DNA from: Coleofasciculus sp. B1-GNL1-01
GTDB taxonomy: Bacteria > Cyanobacteriota > Cyanobacteriia > Cyanobacteriales > Coleofasciculaceae
Length of the DNA: 64,000 nucleotides
Reading direction: 5' to 3' (one strand)
Assembly: GCA_040220235.1 (NCBI GenBank)
Contig: JAVJTO010000044.1
This document shows positions 40,026 through 50,400 of this stretch, piece by piece; within the stretch, counting starts at the first letter, position 1; the number at the start of each line of letters is the position of its first letter. The position numbers and the translations under genes are program-made. Under the pieces are notes generated by a model that was given only the letters and a program-made list of their open reading frames with translations, was not told where the DNA came from and ran no database searches.

Positions 40026-41426
40026 CTACCCTTCTACCCATCCTTGAATTTCCTCAACTAACCAGCGCCGCTCGTTTTCGGTTAAGGTTTGCCCAAAGGA
40101 ATAGCAAATCATCCATGTTTCTAACCGTATCTCGGTAAAAGGAATTAACTGGAGTCTTTTGATGTCAGCAATTTCACCAATATGACGCTGATAGGTTAAT
40201 CCCAAGAGTTCTCGTTCAATAATGAAGTGTTCTGGAGTCAAATAAAGACAATAACCTCCGAACAGATGACGCAAATTATAGTCCAATTCATCTTGGACTT
40301 TACCTAATTCCTGATTGGTAGACCGCCAGAGCCATCCCATAAACACAACCAGGGGGAGTAAGACAAGAAATAATGTGCCATTGTTGGATAAGGTGGCAAA
40401 TAGCCCGATACCTAAGCCTAAAAAGATTAACCCGAATAGTAATAAAAGCGGGAGTGAACAAGCAGTGAGTAGTAAGTCCCCCCCTAGTTTTAGAATATCC
40501 CGGAGCGATCGCTTGGGTTGGGGAATTTTCAGGATAAGCTGCTGGGGTGATTGCTTAAGCTGAACACGGCTACCTTTAGGTTGAGAGCGCTTGGTTAGGG
40601 AATGCTGGGGATAACGATGGTGATGCAGCGCCTCTCGCGCCTCCGCCGCGCTACTAAATCGTTGGTCTAAATCCGGTGCAGTCAAGACGTTTATCCAACG
40701 AATTAACTGGGGATCAACCGACACGCGATCGCTCCATTGTATCCGTAAATCTTGTTGGGGTAAGTCAGCCGGGGTAATCCCGGTGAGTAAATGGATTAGA
40801 GTTGCGCCTAAAGCATACAAATCCGAGGCGGGTACAGCCTTTCCCCAAAACTGTTCTAAAGGAGTATAGCCAGTTGTCCCTACTACTGTAAAGGTCACTC
40901 CTTCTGTCACCGCCCGATTTTGCACTGCCCCAAAATCGACCAGATAAATTTGCCCATCATCCGCCAAAATTAAGTTACTGGGTTTGATATCTCGATGTAG
41001 CACTGGCGGTTGTAAGCCATGCAGATAACTGAGAATCTCTAATACTGACTCAGCAATACGCTTCACCTCTTCTTGAGTGAACCGTTTACCTTGAGCCAAT
41101 AATTGCCGTAAGGAAGCCCCCGGAATGTATTGTTGAACTAATCCGAACCAATACAAACCCTCTCCAACCTGGCTATCCAAGGAAAAATAATCCCGATAGC
41201 GGGGGATTTGAGGATGAGTTAGCTGTTGAAGAACCTGGGCTTCGCGTTCAAATAACTTAAACTCATCCCACTGCATCTGAGGGTTAAATGCCAACAGCTT
41301 AACAATCACCGATTCTGGCGGGGATACAGACTGGTCAAACGCCAACCAGGTTTGGCGTCCAGGGTTATTGCCAAAGGGATGATGAAGGTGATAGCGATCG
41401 TATAAGACCTGTTCTGCTTGCAGCAT
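40026..41426 (-). CDS. Membrane Ser/Thr kinase
   Basis: HRDIKPSN and DFG; paralogous to the adjacent kinase; C-terminal TM helices. Confidence 0.88.
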   Translation of the reverse strand: MLQAEQVLYDRYHLHHPFGNNPGRQTWLAFDQSVSPPESVIVKLLAFNPQMQWDEFKLFEREAQVLQQLTHPQIPRYRDYFSLDSQVGEGLYWFGLVQQYIPGASLRQLLAQGKRFTQEEVKRIAESVLEILSYLHGLQPPVLHRDIKPSNLILADDGQIYLVDFGAVQNRAVTEGVTFTVVGTTGYTPLEQFWGKAVPASDLYALGATLIHLLTGITPADLPQQDLRIQWSDRVSVDPQLIRWINVLTAPDLDQRFSSAAEAREALHHHRYPQHSLTKRSQPKGSRVQLKQSPQQLILKIPQPKRSLRDILKLGGDLLLTACSLPLLLLFGLIFLGLGIGLFATLSNNGTLFLVLLPLVVFMGWLWRSTNQELGKVQDELDYNLRHLFGGYCLYLTPEHFIIERELLGLTYQRHIGEIADIKRLQLIPFTEIRLETWMICYSFGQTLTENERRWLVEEIQGWVEG

Positions 41427-41672
41427 TTCCCGTGTAAGTCCTGATCAAGCCTATTTCTCTACTTTAACGGTATTCCTATCGGTTTATCCTTTCTTAGGAG
41501 ATGATATGCTCTCCTAGCTCCCAGACGCGCCATGGCACGTCTCTACATTGCTTCCCCATCTCCCCCATCTCCCCCATCTCCCCCAGCTCCCCCGTGTTTT
41601 TCCCCCATCTGCTTGAAAACGGCTGTAAATCGGTTATCCTAGCGTAGGATATCGTTCACCAGAAAACCCCTT

Positions 41673-42170
41673 ATGAACAGGAAAAATCGTGTTGGCAGTG
41701 GTCATTTTTGGCAAATTTGTGCCAGTCAGCTCGTTACAGCAAGTTTATTTACCCTAGCCTTTCCTGCTAGTCCTGTCAGTGCTGGTGTCGATCAGTTTCA
41801 AATCTGCGCCGCAGAACTCCTACGGGCGGGTATCTCTAGGGAAAATGCAGCCATAACTTGTGCTGAGGCGCTTGAACCCAAGGATTTATCTCTCTGTGTC
41901 CTAAAAATCGAAGAGTTAACGCCTATTGCGGCTGATGATGCGTTATTCGCTTGTATGCGCGTCCGGCGTCCCAAGGAATTGGCAAGCTGTACTGTTGATA
42001 TTAATCAGCATACTCAAGGTTCTGATCCGGTTTCGGTGCTGGCAAACTGTCGTCGCAGTCTTCTACCCTTGCGTTTTTCTGAATGCGTAATTGGTTTGAG
42101 TCGCGAAATTGATTTTTCTGTAGAGGGTGCGCTAGCTACTTGTATTGATGCTGAGGATTTCCCCCGATAA
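41673..42170 (+). CDS. Secreted Cys-rich hypothetical protein
   Basis: Signal-peptide-like N-terminus and repeated C...P..L..CV units. Confidence 0.7.
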   Translation: MNRKNRVGSGHFWQICASQLVTASLFTLAFPASPVSAGVDQFQICAAELLRAGISRENAAITCAEALEPKDLSLCVLKIEELTPIAADDALFACMRVRRPKELASCTVDINQHTQGSDPVSVLANCRRSLLPLRFSECVIGLSREIDFSVEGALATCIDAEDFPR

Positions 42171-42402
42171 AGGATTGGCAAGAAAATAAGATACCAGTCA
42201 ACCGGGGACAATCGTGATATCCCATTTGGGTAAGGTCTCAGAAGGCTGACAGAAGGGCTGGTATCTCCTGAACAGGCTGGTTAACTATGACCTAAATAAA
42301 ATACTGGTTATAATTATAAGTAAAAAATTGACTGCTTTTTTAAGCTTTATCTAAATCTAATTTTTGTGCTGAGTAAAGTCCCCTCTCCTCCCAGATCTTG
42401 TT

Positions 42403-43476
42403 ATGCTAAGAAAACTGCCACCCATTTACTTTTATTTGCCTCAGTCTGATTGGCAAGACAAGATGCCACAAAAGGTAGATGGCTATTGGTCAGGGTTCAG
42501 ACGCGGGATTTACTGCTGGACTCTACAAACTTATTTAAGGCTAAAAGCGGATGGCTTTCCCTGTGAGTTAGTTGGTACTATACCTACCGAAGGCATTATT
42601 TTAGCTCATTGGGATTCTCTGCCAACAGATTTACAGCCGAGTTCAAAGCAACTTATTGTTTGTTTTCAGGCAGACCGAGCAAGACACCCCTATGCCCAAA
42701 TTCATATCGTGCAAAATCCTCAAGGATTGCTAACACAACTCATGGTGCTGGGAGATAAGTATTTACTTCCCGGACTAATATGTTATATGCCACATTGGCC
42801 ACAGCCAGGGTTGATTCCACGCTGTCTGGAACGAGGCAATCACTTTGAAAACATTGCCTTTTTTGGACTTGAAGAGAACTTATTACCAGAGTTACAAGGC
42901 ACAGCTTGGCGGGAACAGGTTAATACCCTAGGCTTGCAGTGGAATATGGTGAGCGATTTCAAGCATTGGCACGATTATAGCAATGTTGATGCAGTCCTGG
43001 CAGTACGCAGTTTCACCAAACGGGATTATACCTGGAAACCTGCTACGAAGTTATACAACGCATGGCACGCAGGTGTACCAGCCATTCTGGGTTGTGAGTC
43101 GGCATTTCAAGCTGAACGAAAAAGTGAACTTGACTATATAGAGGTCACTTCGATTCAGGAAGTGGTATCGGCACTAAAACGGCTGCGTGATGAACCAAAA
43201 TTGCGTCGAGCAATAGTTGAAAACGGGCGAATTCGCGCTCAGGAAACTAGCCCTGAAAAGTTGACGAAACGGTGGAGTACGCTAATAATTGATACAATAG
43301 TGCCAGCCTACGACCGATGGTGTAAAGCATCAAGCTTGACTCGGCAATCGTTTATACGACGACGCTCTCTGGCAATTCAAACCAGAGAAACTCGTAAAAG
43401 TTTGCAGAAGTGGAGAAATCAGATTGGGTTTCGCACAAGGGTGCGATCACTTTTATCTCAATCTAGAGGTTCCTAA
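42403..43476 (+). CDS. Putative GT-B glycosyltransferase-like protein
   Basis: KPATKLYNAWHAGVPAILG and L..A...NG..RA C-terminal pattern of GT-B enzymes. Confidence 0.6.
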   Translation: MLRKLPPIYFYLPQSDWQDKMPQKVDGYWSGFRRGIYCWTLQTYLRLKADGFPCELVGTIPTEGIILAHWDSLPTDLQPSSKQLIVCFQADRARHPYAQIHIVQNPQGLLTQLMVLGDKYLLPGLICYMPHWPQPGLIPRCLERGNHFENIAFFGLEENLLPELQGTAWREQVNTLGLQWNMVSDFKHWHDYSNVDAVLAVRSFTKRDYTWKPATKLYNAWHAGVPAILGCESAFQAERKSELDYIEVTSIQEVVSALKRLRDEPKLRRAIVENGRIRAQETSPEKLTKRWSTLIIDTIVPAYDRWCKASSLTRQSFIRRRSLAIQTRETRKSLQKWRNQIGFRTRVRSLLSQSRGS

Positions 43477-43515
43477 AAGTTCAAGCTAGGATGCAAATCT
43501 ATAAAAAATCGAAAA

Positions 43516-44640
43516 ATGGATATCTCATCTCCGGATAAAATTAGAGACATTCTTCATAAAAATTTAGGAGAAATAGGCAAATTTGAGCAGTGCGCTCTTC
43601 TAGACTATCCTGACAATCGCAATCCTGGCGACCAGGCCATCTGGCTGGGAAATGTACTGTACTTGACTGATGTGTTAAAGGTAAAGATTAATTATGCTTC
43701 AAGTCCTGCGGATTTTTCCGAAGCAGAGATGGAAAAACGGATTGGTCAAGCTCCGATTCTTCTCCATGGTGGTGGAAATTTAGGTGATATTTGGTCATAT
43801 CATCAGAAGTTCCGAGAACGCATCATTGCTAACTACTCAGACCGTCCAATTTTTATACTACCACAAAGTATTTATTTTGAAAGTTTAGAAAATGCCCAAA
43901 AAGTAGCAGATATCTTCAATTCTCATCCAAATTTGACTATATTTGCCCGAGATAATTATAGTTATGATTTAGCCAACCAATACTTTGGAAATTGTCGCAT
44001 TCTCAAAAGCCCTGATATAGCTTTCCAAATGGCAAATATGCCAAATTTACCCTTCACGCCTCAGCCAAAGTTACCCATTTTATATCTTTGTAGAAGTGAC
44101 AAAGAGTTAAATCAAGATTATGCATCTCAATTTATCGATATACCAGATATTGTTGTCAATGATTGGAAAGCTTTTAAAGGTAAGGTGCTTTTAGAAGATC
44201 GAGTTTCTTATAAATACGAGGGAAGTCCTAAAAATTGGTCACTTCGTAACCGCTGGAATTTAACTAGAGAATTATTTCAAAGAAATGGTTCTCAAAAAGC
44301 TGCTAACTCTACTGAAATAATATCTTGTTATCTAGCACAAACTTTACATCCCTATGTCAGCAAAATTAGTACTTTGTATAATCCTTATATGCATCGTCGA
44401 TCGTGGGGATTGGTGCATAGTGGAATTTACCAGCTTAAGCAATATCGTTTAGTAATTACAAATCGCTTGCACGGACATATCCTTTGTACTCTATTAAATA
44501 TTCCTCATATATTTTTACCAAATTCCTATCACAAAAACGAAGAATTCTATAAAACATGGACTTACCAAATCCCTTTTTGTAGATTTATAAAAGATGCTTC
44601 AAAAATCAAAAATGCCGTGCTAGATTTATTAGAAATTTAG
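43516..44640 (+). CDS. Polysaccharide pyruvyl transferase
   Basis: NPGDQAI, HGGGNLGD, LPQSIYF, ARD..SY, PDIAF and ITNRLHGHI motifs. Confidence 0.9.
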   Translation: MDISSPDKIRDILHKNLGEIGKFEQCALLDYPDNRNPGDQAIWLGNVLYLTDVLKVKINYASSPADFSEAEMEKRIGQAPILLHGGGNLGDIWSYHQKFRERIIANYSDRPIFILPQSIYFESLENAQKVADIFNSHPNLTIFARDNYSYDLANQYFGNCRILKSPDIAFQMANMPNLPFTPQPKLPILYLCRSDKELNQDYASQFIDIPDIVVNDWKAFKGKVLLEDRVSYKYEGSPKNWSLRNRWNLTRELFQRNGSQKAANSTEIISCYLAQTLHPYVSKISTLYNPYMHRRSWGLVHSGIYQLKQYRLVITNRLHGHILCTLLNIPHIFLPNSYHKNEEFYKTWTYQIPFCRFIKDASKIKNAVLDLLEI

Positions 44641-44749
44641 CCCCTTAGTGAAAATGGGCAATTTTTCCTGAAGTTTAATCAGTTAAATTTCCTTTGTCAA
44701 GCCAACCTAAAACTATTGCTTCCCCCGCTCCCCCTCTACCTGTTCCCTT

Positions 44750-46144
44750 TTACGATTGAATCGGAATCTCAATCACAAACTCTGTACCGTTTCCCCTCTC
44801 ACTCGTGACCCATAATTGACCTCGGTGCTTTTCCACGATGATCTGGTAACTAATCGTCAATCCTAAACCTGTTCCAGAACCGACGGGTTTGGTGCTAAAG
44901 AATGGATCAAATAGCCTCTGACTTACCTCCTCTGTCATTCCTGATCCGTTATCAGCGATGCGGATAATAACCTTCGCCTCGTCTACAGTTTCCGTACTAA
45001 TCTCAATCGTAGGGGTTTGGGAGTGATCGGGAGTGAGTGGCGATCGCACAAATTTTCTCTCTTCTTCCTGATCTCCTCTAACTGACCACATATCACTCTC
45101 TAAATTGAGTTTGCCATACTTCTCATCTAAAGCATCAATAGCATTGGTAAGCATATTCATAAATACTTGATTGAGTTCACTGGCATAACATTTCACAAGA
45201 GGCAAACTACCATAATTTTTGATCACGTTAATTTTTACTCGTCCAGCTTTAGCGTCTAAGTGATACTCTAAAAGCAAGAGCGTGTTATCTATATCTTGAT
45301 TAATATCGACGAACTTCAACTCAGCTTCATGTAAATGGAAGAAATTTTTGAGCAAGGATACAGTTTGGCGAATTCGTTCAGCCCCTACCTGCATTGAGTC
45401 CAAGAGTTTAGGTAAATCAGATTGGATAAAATCTAGCTCAATCGCCTGAATTTTGCGAGTAATTGGCTCGGTTGGATGAGTATAGGTTTGTTGGTAAAGT
45501 TTGATTAACTCAAAGAGTTCTTGAATATATTCATTGGCGTGGTACAGGTTGCCATAGATAAAATTAACGGGATTATTAATTTCATGGGCAATACCTGCCG
45601 CTATCTTGCCAAAGGAAGACATTTTCTCCGCTTGAATTAATTGAACTTCCGTTTGTTGCAGCTTGTGTAATGCCTCTTCAAGTTCTAATGTTCGCTGCTT
45701 CTCTTGCCGTTGGGATTTTAATAAGCGTTCATTTTTGGCTTGCAGTTCCTTTTGCAAATTTCGCAGCGTTAGGTGAGTTTGGATGCGGCTAACAACCTCT
45801 TCCGGCTGAATCGGTTTGGTAATATAATCAACAGCGCCAATCTCAAATCCATGAACCTTGTTAAGAGTATCTGAAAGGGCAGTCATGAAAATGACTGGAA
45901 TATCCCGCATTGAAGGATTTTCTTTAAGTCGTTTACACACCTCAAACCCATCAATCCCCGGCATCATCACATCCAACAAAATCAGATCAGGTTGAGCTGC
46001 TTCAACACGCTGGATCGCGGTTTCTCCATCCGTTGCAACCAGTACCTTGAATCCGGATTTTGTCAAGTAAGTGAACAGAAAACTCAGATTGGTTGGATTG
46101 TCTTCAACAACTAATAGGTTTCCTTTATCTGCTTTTTTATCCAT
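44750..46144 (-). CDS. Hybrid response regulator-histidine kinase
   Basis: REC (PDLILLDVMMPG), AHEINNP, LNQVFMN, DNGSG and GTGLGL motifs. Confidence 0.93.
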   Translation of the reverse strand: MDKKADKGNLLVVEDNPTNLSFLFTYLTKSGFKVLVATDGETAIQRVEAAQPDLILLDVMMPGIDGFEVCKRLKENPSMRDIPVIFMTALSDTLNKVHGFEIGAVDYITKPIQPEEVVSRIQTHLTLRNLQKELQAKNERLLKSQRQEKQRTLELEEALHKLQQTEVQLIQAEKMSSFGKIAAGIAHEINNPVNFIYGNLYHANEYIQELFELIKLYQQTYTHPTEPITRKIQAIELDFIQSDLPKLLDSMQVGAERIRQTVSLLKNFFHLHEAELKFVDINQDIDNTLLLLEYHLDAKAGRVKINVIKNYGSLPLVKCYASELNQVFMNMLTNAIDALDEKYGKLNLESDMWSVRGDQEEERKFVRSPLTPDHSQTPTIEISTETVDEAKVIIRIADNGSGMTEEVSQRLFDPFFSTKPVGSGTGLGLTISYQIIVEKHRGQLWVTSERGNGTEFVIEIPIQS

Positions 46145-47348
46145 TGTTTTGCTTGGGTATTCTCACAGTAAAAATACTTCCTTTGTTAAGTTCACTGGTT
46201 ACTTTGATATCCCCCCCAAAACCTTTCAAGATCTGCCTGCAAGTATAAATACCCAGTCCTGTGCCTGTGGGTTGATTTCGCTGTTTTTCCTCACCCTTCA
46301 ATGGTTTAGTGGTATAAAATGGATCAAAAACTTTGGATAGATCTTCTGGGGCTATTCCACACCCTGTATCTTGGACATCAATGTAAAGATTGTTTTCATC
46401 CTGCCGGGTGATAATTGTTAACGTTTGTTCGTCCTTATCCCACATAGCATCTAGGGCATTACCGATTAAATTATCCAAGATTTGGGAGATATCAGTATAA
46501 ACTAAAGGGATTAAGGGAATATGCTCATCCAAAACATATTTTTTTTTAACCTTGTGTTTAAATTGAAGATTAGCCTGCCAAAAATCGAGTTCTTTTTTTA
46601 AGATATCATTAATATTCAGCGGAGTTAACTGCAAGGAGTGATCCATTTTGCTCTTGTGCATGAGATTATCCAGGATTTGACTCATATCCCAGGTTGCTTC
46701 CGCCATCTTTTCAATATAAGCGAATGTCGTTTCTGGAGAAACCGCTTCTTCGGTCATTTCTCCCGTAGCCAAACATTTATACGATAAAATAAGCTGAATA
46801 CGATTTCGTAAATTATGCACGATTCCCTGAGTCAGCCGTCCGATTAAAGCGGTTTTCTCTTGCTCAATGAGTTGTTGCGTTCTAGCTTGAACAATTTCTT
46901 CTAGATTCTGATTTAAGTGGGCAAGTTCTTCGGTTTTAGTTTGCAGTTGATTTTGCAGATGATATAGCTTGATGTGAGTCTGAATTCGACTCAGCACTTC
47001 TTCTTGGTGAATGGGTTTGGTGATATAATCGACAGCACCTAGCTTAAAGCCTTGAACTTTATCGACTGTGTCTGAAAGTGCCGTCATAAAGATGATCGGA
47101 ATATCTTGAGTGGATGGATTTTGTTTCAATCGTTTACAGGTTTCAAACCCATCAATTCCTGGCATCATCACATCTAAAATAATCAGATCAGGCTTAGTGA
47201 CTTTGGTGCGCTGAATGGCACTTTCACCATCTAACGCCACAAATATTTTGAAGCCAGATCGCGTCAAAAAGTCAAACAAAATACCTAGGTTATGAGGTTG
47301 ATCGTCAACGATCAATAGTTTGGGAGTTTTGGGGGTTGAATTATCCAT
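46137..47348 (-). CDS. Hybrid response regulator-histidine kinase
   Basis: REC, atypical H-box VHNLRN, NALDA, DTGCG and GTGLG motifs. Confidence 0.9.
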   Translation of the reverse strand: MDNSTPKTPKLLIVDDQPHNLGILFDFLTRSGFKIFVALDGESAIQRTKVTKPDLIILDVMMPGIDGFETCKRLKQNPSTQDIPIIFMTALSDTVDKVQGFKLGAVDYITKPIHQEEVLSRIQTHIKLYHLQNQLQTKTEELAHLNQNLEEIVQARTQQLIEQEKTALIGRLTQGIVHNLRNRIQLILSYKCLATGEMTEEAVSPETTFAYIEKMAEATWDMSQILDNLMHKSKMDHSLQLTPLNINDILKKELDFWQANLQFKHKVKKKYVLDEHIPLIPLVYTDISQILDNLIGNALDAMWDKDEQTLTIITRQDENNLYIDVQDTGCGIAPEDLSKVFDPFYTTKPLKGEEKQRNQPTGTGLGIYTCRQILKGFGGDIKVTSELNKGSIFTVRIPKQNNG

Positions 47349-47477
47349 AAATGGTAATTAGTTAAACCTATATTTTATTTAGCCATTGATACAATATATG
47401 AATTACTTTAACATAAGCAATAGTATTTCGTTTATACCTTATGGCTGATTAATTATGCCTTATAAGTTAAGTTTTAT

Positions 47478-50400
47478 TTACGAGGTATATTGATTAATAA
47501 GTTGCTCTATTTTTTTTAGCTGAAAACCTCTAGCGAGATGATGAATTTGTTTTGCAAAGGGAATCCATTGACTGTTTACATTTTCCCAATGCTGCGCTTG
47601 ATCGATCATGCCTTGAATATCCCCCATTACCAACAATTCTGACAAAATAGCTAGTTCTGAAGCCGGTGGAGGAACCAGCGGTATCGTATTGGTTTCCAAT
47701 TTACCCGTTTTTGAATCTCTGGGTTCTTCATAAATGCCTTCCACACCTAAATGGACAATCAATAATTCCAGGAGTTGCTGGATTGGCACAGGTTTTGATA
47801 GAAAGTCTTGGCATCCAGCCGCTAAACTCTCCTGCTGGGTCGTCTCGAAAACATTAGCGGATATGGCAATAATAACCGTCTTTTCGAGCTGAGGCAATTG
47901 GCGTAGTCGCCGCGTTGCAGTCAAACCATCTAGTCCCGGCATGATTAAGTCCATTAAGATCAGATCAGGCTGAATCTCAACTGCCTTTTGTAAACAATCT
48001 TGACCATCCACGGCTTCAAAAATGTTCAAGTCGAACGGTTTGAGTAATTCTTGTAAGAAAGACCGATTAATCGCATTATCATCAACAATGAGAAGAGTTT
48101 GCTGTTGTCCTTTTACGCCAATGAGTCGGCGATCGCTTAATGGATTTGAGGCTTGTCCGCCGGACACATCAGACAACTCTAAATCGAACCAAAATATACT
48201 GCCTTGACCCAAAGTACTACTAACCTGAATCGTGCTACCCATCAGTTGAACCAACTTCTGGCTGATAGCAAGTCCCAATCCAGTCCCTTCAACAGCATGG
48301 GTGAGATCGCTTACTTGATGGAAGGGTAAAAAGATTTCGCTTAATTGTTGCGGATCGATGCCAATTCCTGTATCTTCGACTTGAAAACGAATCCTGCGAG
48401 TTGGAGAAGTGTTGTTCCTTCGCTTCCTAGAGGATGATTTTGATTGATCTTCCCCATCTTCTTCATTAACCTCAATGTCCACATCACCAACTGTAAACGT
48501 CACGCTACCCTGATCCGTAAACTTCACTGCATTACTAAGTAAATTGATCAGAACCTGTCGCAACCGTTTCTCATCAGCGATAACAGTCTGGGGAAGAGGA
48601 GATAAGAGTTGGTATGTAAAGTCAATCTCTTTTTGGCTAGCACGCAGACGGAAAAGACTGCCGATGCTGCTGAGAAAGGTTGGCAAATGAAACTCAGTGG
48701 GGTTAAGTTCTAATTTCTGGGATTCAATCTTAGAAAAGTCTAAAATATCATTAATTAACGTGAGTAAATGTTCACCACATTGGTAAACAATCGTTAAACT
48801 CTCGCGTTGAGTTTCAGTTAAATTAGTATCGTTTTGCAGGAGTTTAGCATAGCCTAAAATGCCGTTGAGAGGGGTTCTGAGTTCGTGACTCATCGTTGCC
48901 AAAAATTCGCTTTTCGCCCGATTTGCGACTTCGGCGGCGTCTTTGGCGTGTTGGAGTGCCACTTCTATCTGTTTATGCGCCGTAATGTCTCGGGTAACAC
49001 TTAACACAGACCGAATTGTGCCATCGGCATTAAATTCAGGGACGATGCGAGAGTGAAAAAATTTCATCCCCTTGCTGGTGGCAAAGTCAAACTCAATCAG
49101 TTGTTCTTGTCCAGTTGTCAAGACAGATCGTAGGGCTTCATCCCAAAACTGGACTTTATCTGGCGGCATTCCCAACTCCCCATTGGTTTTACCGATAAAA
49201 GTTTGAGGGGAACATTTTGTGACTTGTTCGATTGCTGGATTTACATAGAGATGACGCAATTGGTGATCGAATCGGGCAACAATATCCGGTGAATTTTCCA
49301 CCAACGCCCTAAATTGTTGTTCGCGGTAATAGAGGGCTTCTTCCGCTTGCTTGCGATCGCTAATATCACGGTTACTGGCTCGTTGACCTAGCCATCGTCC
49401 ATCCTCACTATAAACAGGTTGGCAAGCATGGGCAATCCAACGGATCGATCCGGTGCGAGTAATGATGCGAAAGTCGGTTGAGTAGATATGGGGATTGTCT
49501 AGCTGTTGGCGTATATGTTCAGCAATTCTCTGGCGATCATCGGGATGAACAATTGCCTCAAACAAGCGAGGATTATTGAGGAATTCCTCAGCCTGATAAC
49601 CTGTGATCCGTTGACAAGAGGGAGAAACATAAATAAAGCTGCCATCGGGATCTCGCCAATATTCCCAGTCATAAGTAAAATCGGCTACGGTGCGAAAGCG
49701 CTGTTCACTTTCTTGTAGGGCTTGTTCTGCCTGTTTACGTTCTGTAATATCGTGAGCAACAACATAAATTAACTGCTCTTCCAGAAATGGCACGCCAGTC
49801 CAAGACAACCATTTGTATGACCCATCTTGACAACGATACCGATTCTCAAAGGACTTAACTGTAATCCCAGATGCCAGTTTTTTCATTTGCGCCTGAGTTG
49901 CGAGGCGATCCTCAGGATGAACCCATTGGATAAAGGGTTGGGTGGTTAACGTTTCAGAGGTAAAACCCAGGGTTTTCTCCAAAGCGGGATTGACATCGAT
50001 AAAGTACCCCTCAAAGTTGGCAATCGCCAGGATATCCAGGGAAAGGTTAAACAAGCGATCGCGTTCTTGTTGGATGTGTTGACGTTCCCTTAATTCGGCT
50101 TGAAGTTGGGAATAGAGTTGGGCTTGTTGGATGGCGATTGTGACTTGAGTCGTTAATGAACAGAGGAGTTCAGCTTCCCACGGTTGCCATTTTCTGGTGG
50201 TATAGTGATGAGCAATCAGTAATCCCCACAGGGTTTCATTCTCCAGAATCGGCATCACGAGTTTGGATTTAACCCCAAACTGCCTGACAGTATCAGCTAA
50301 ACAGTATCCGATGTCATCCCGTTCAACATCCGCAATGGTATGAATTCCGCCGCAACAGTAAAATTGATGACAAGCTGGAGGAAAGATTAAGTCAGGGAGA

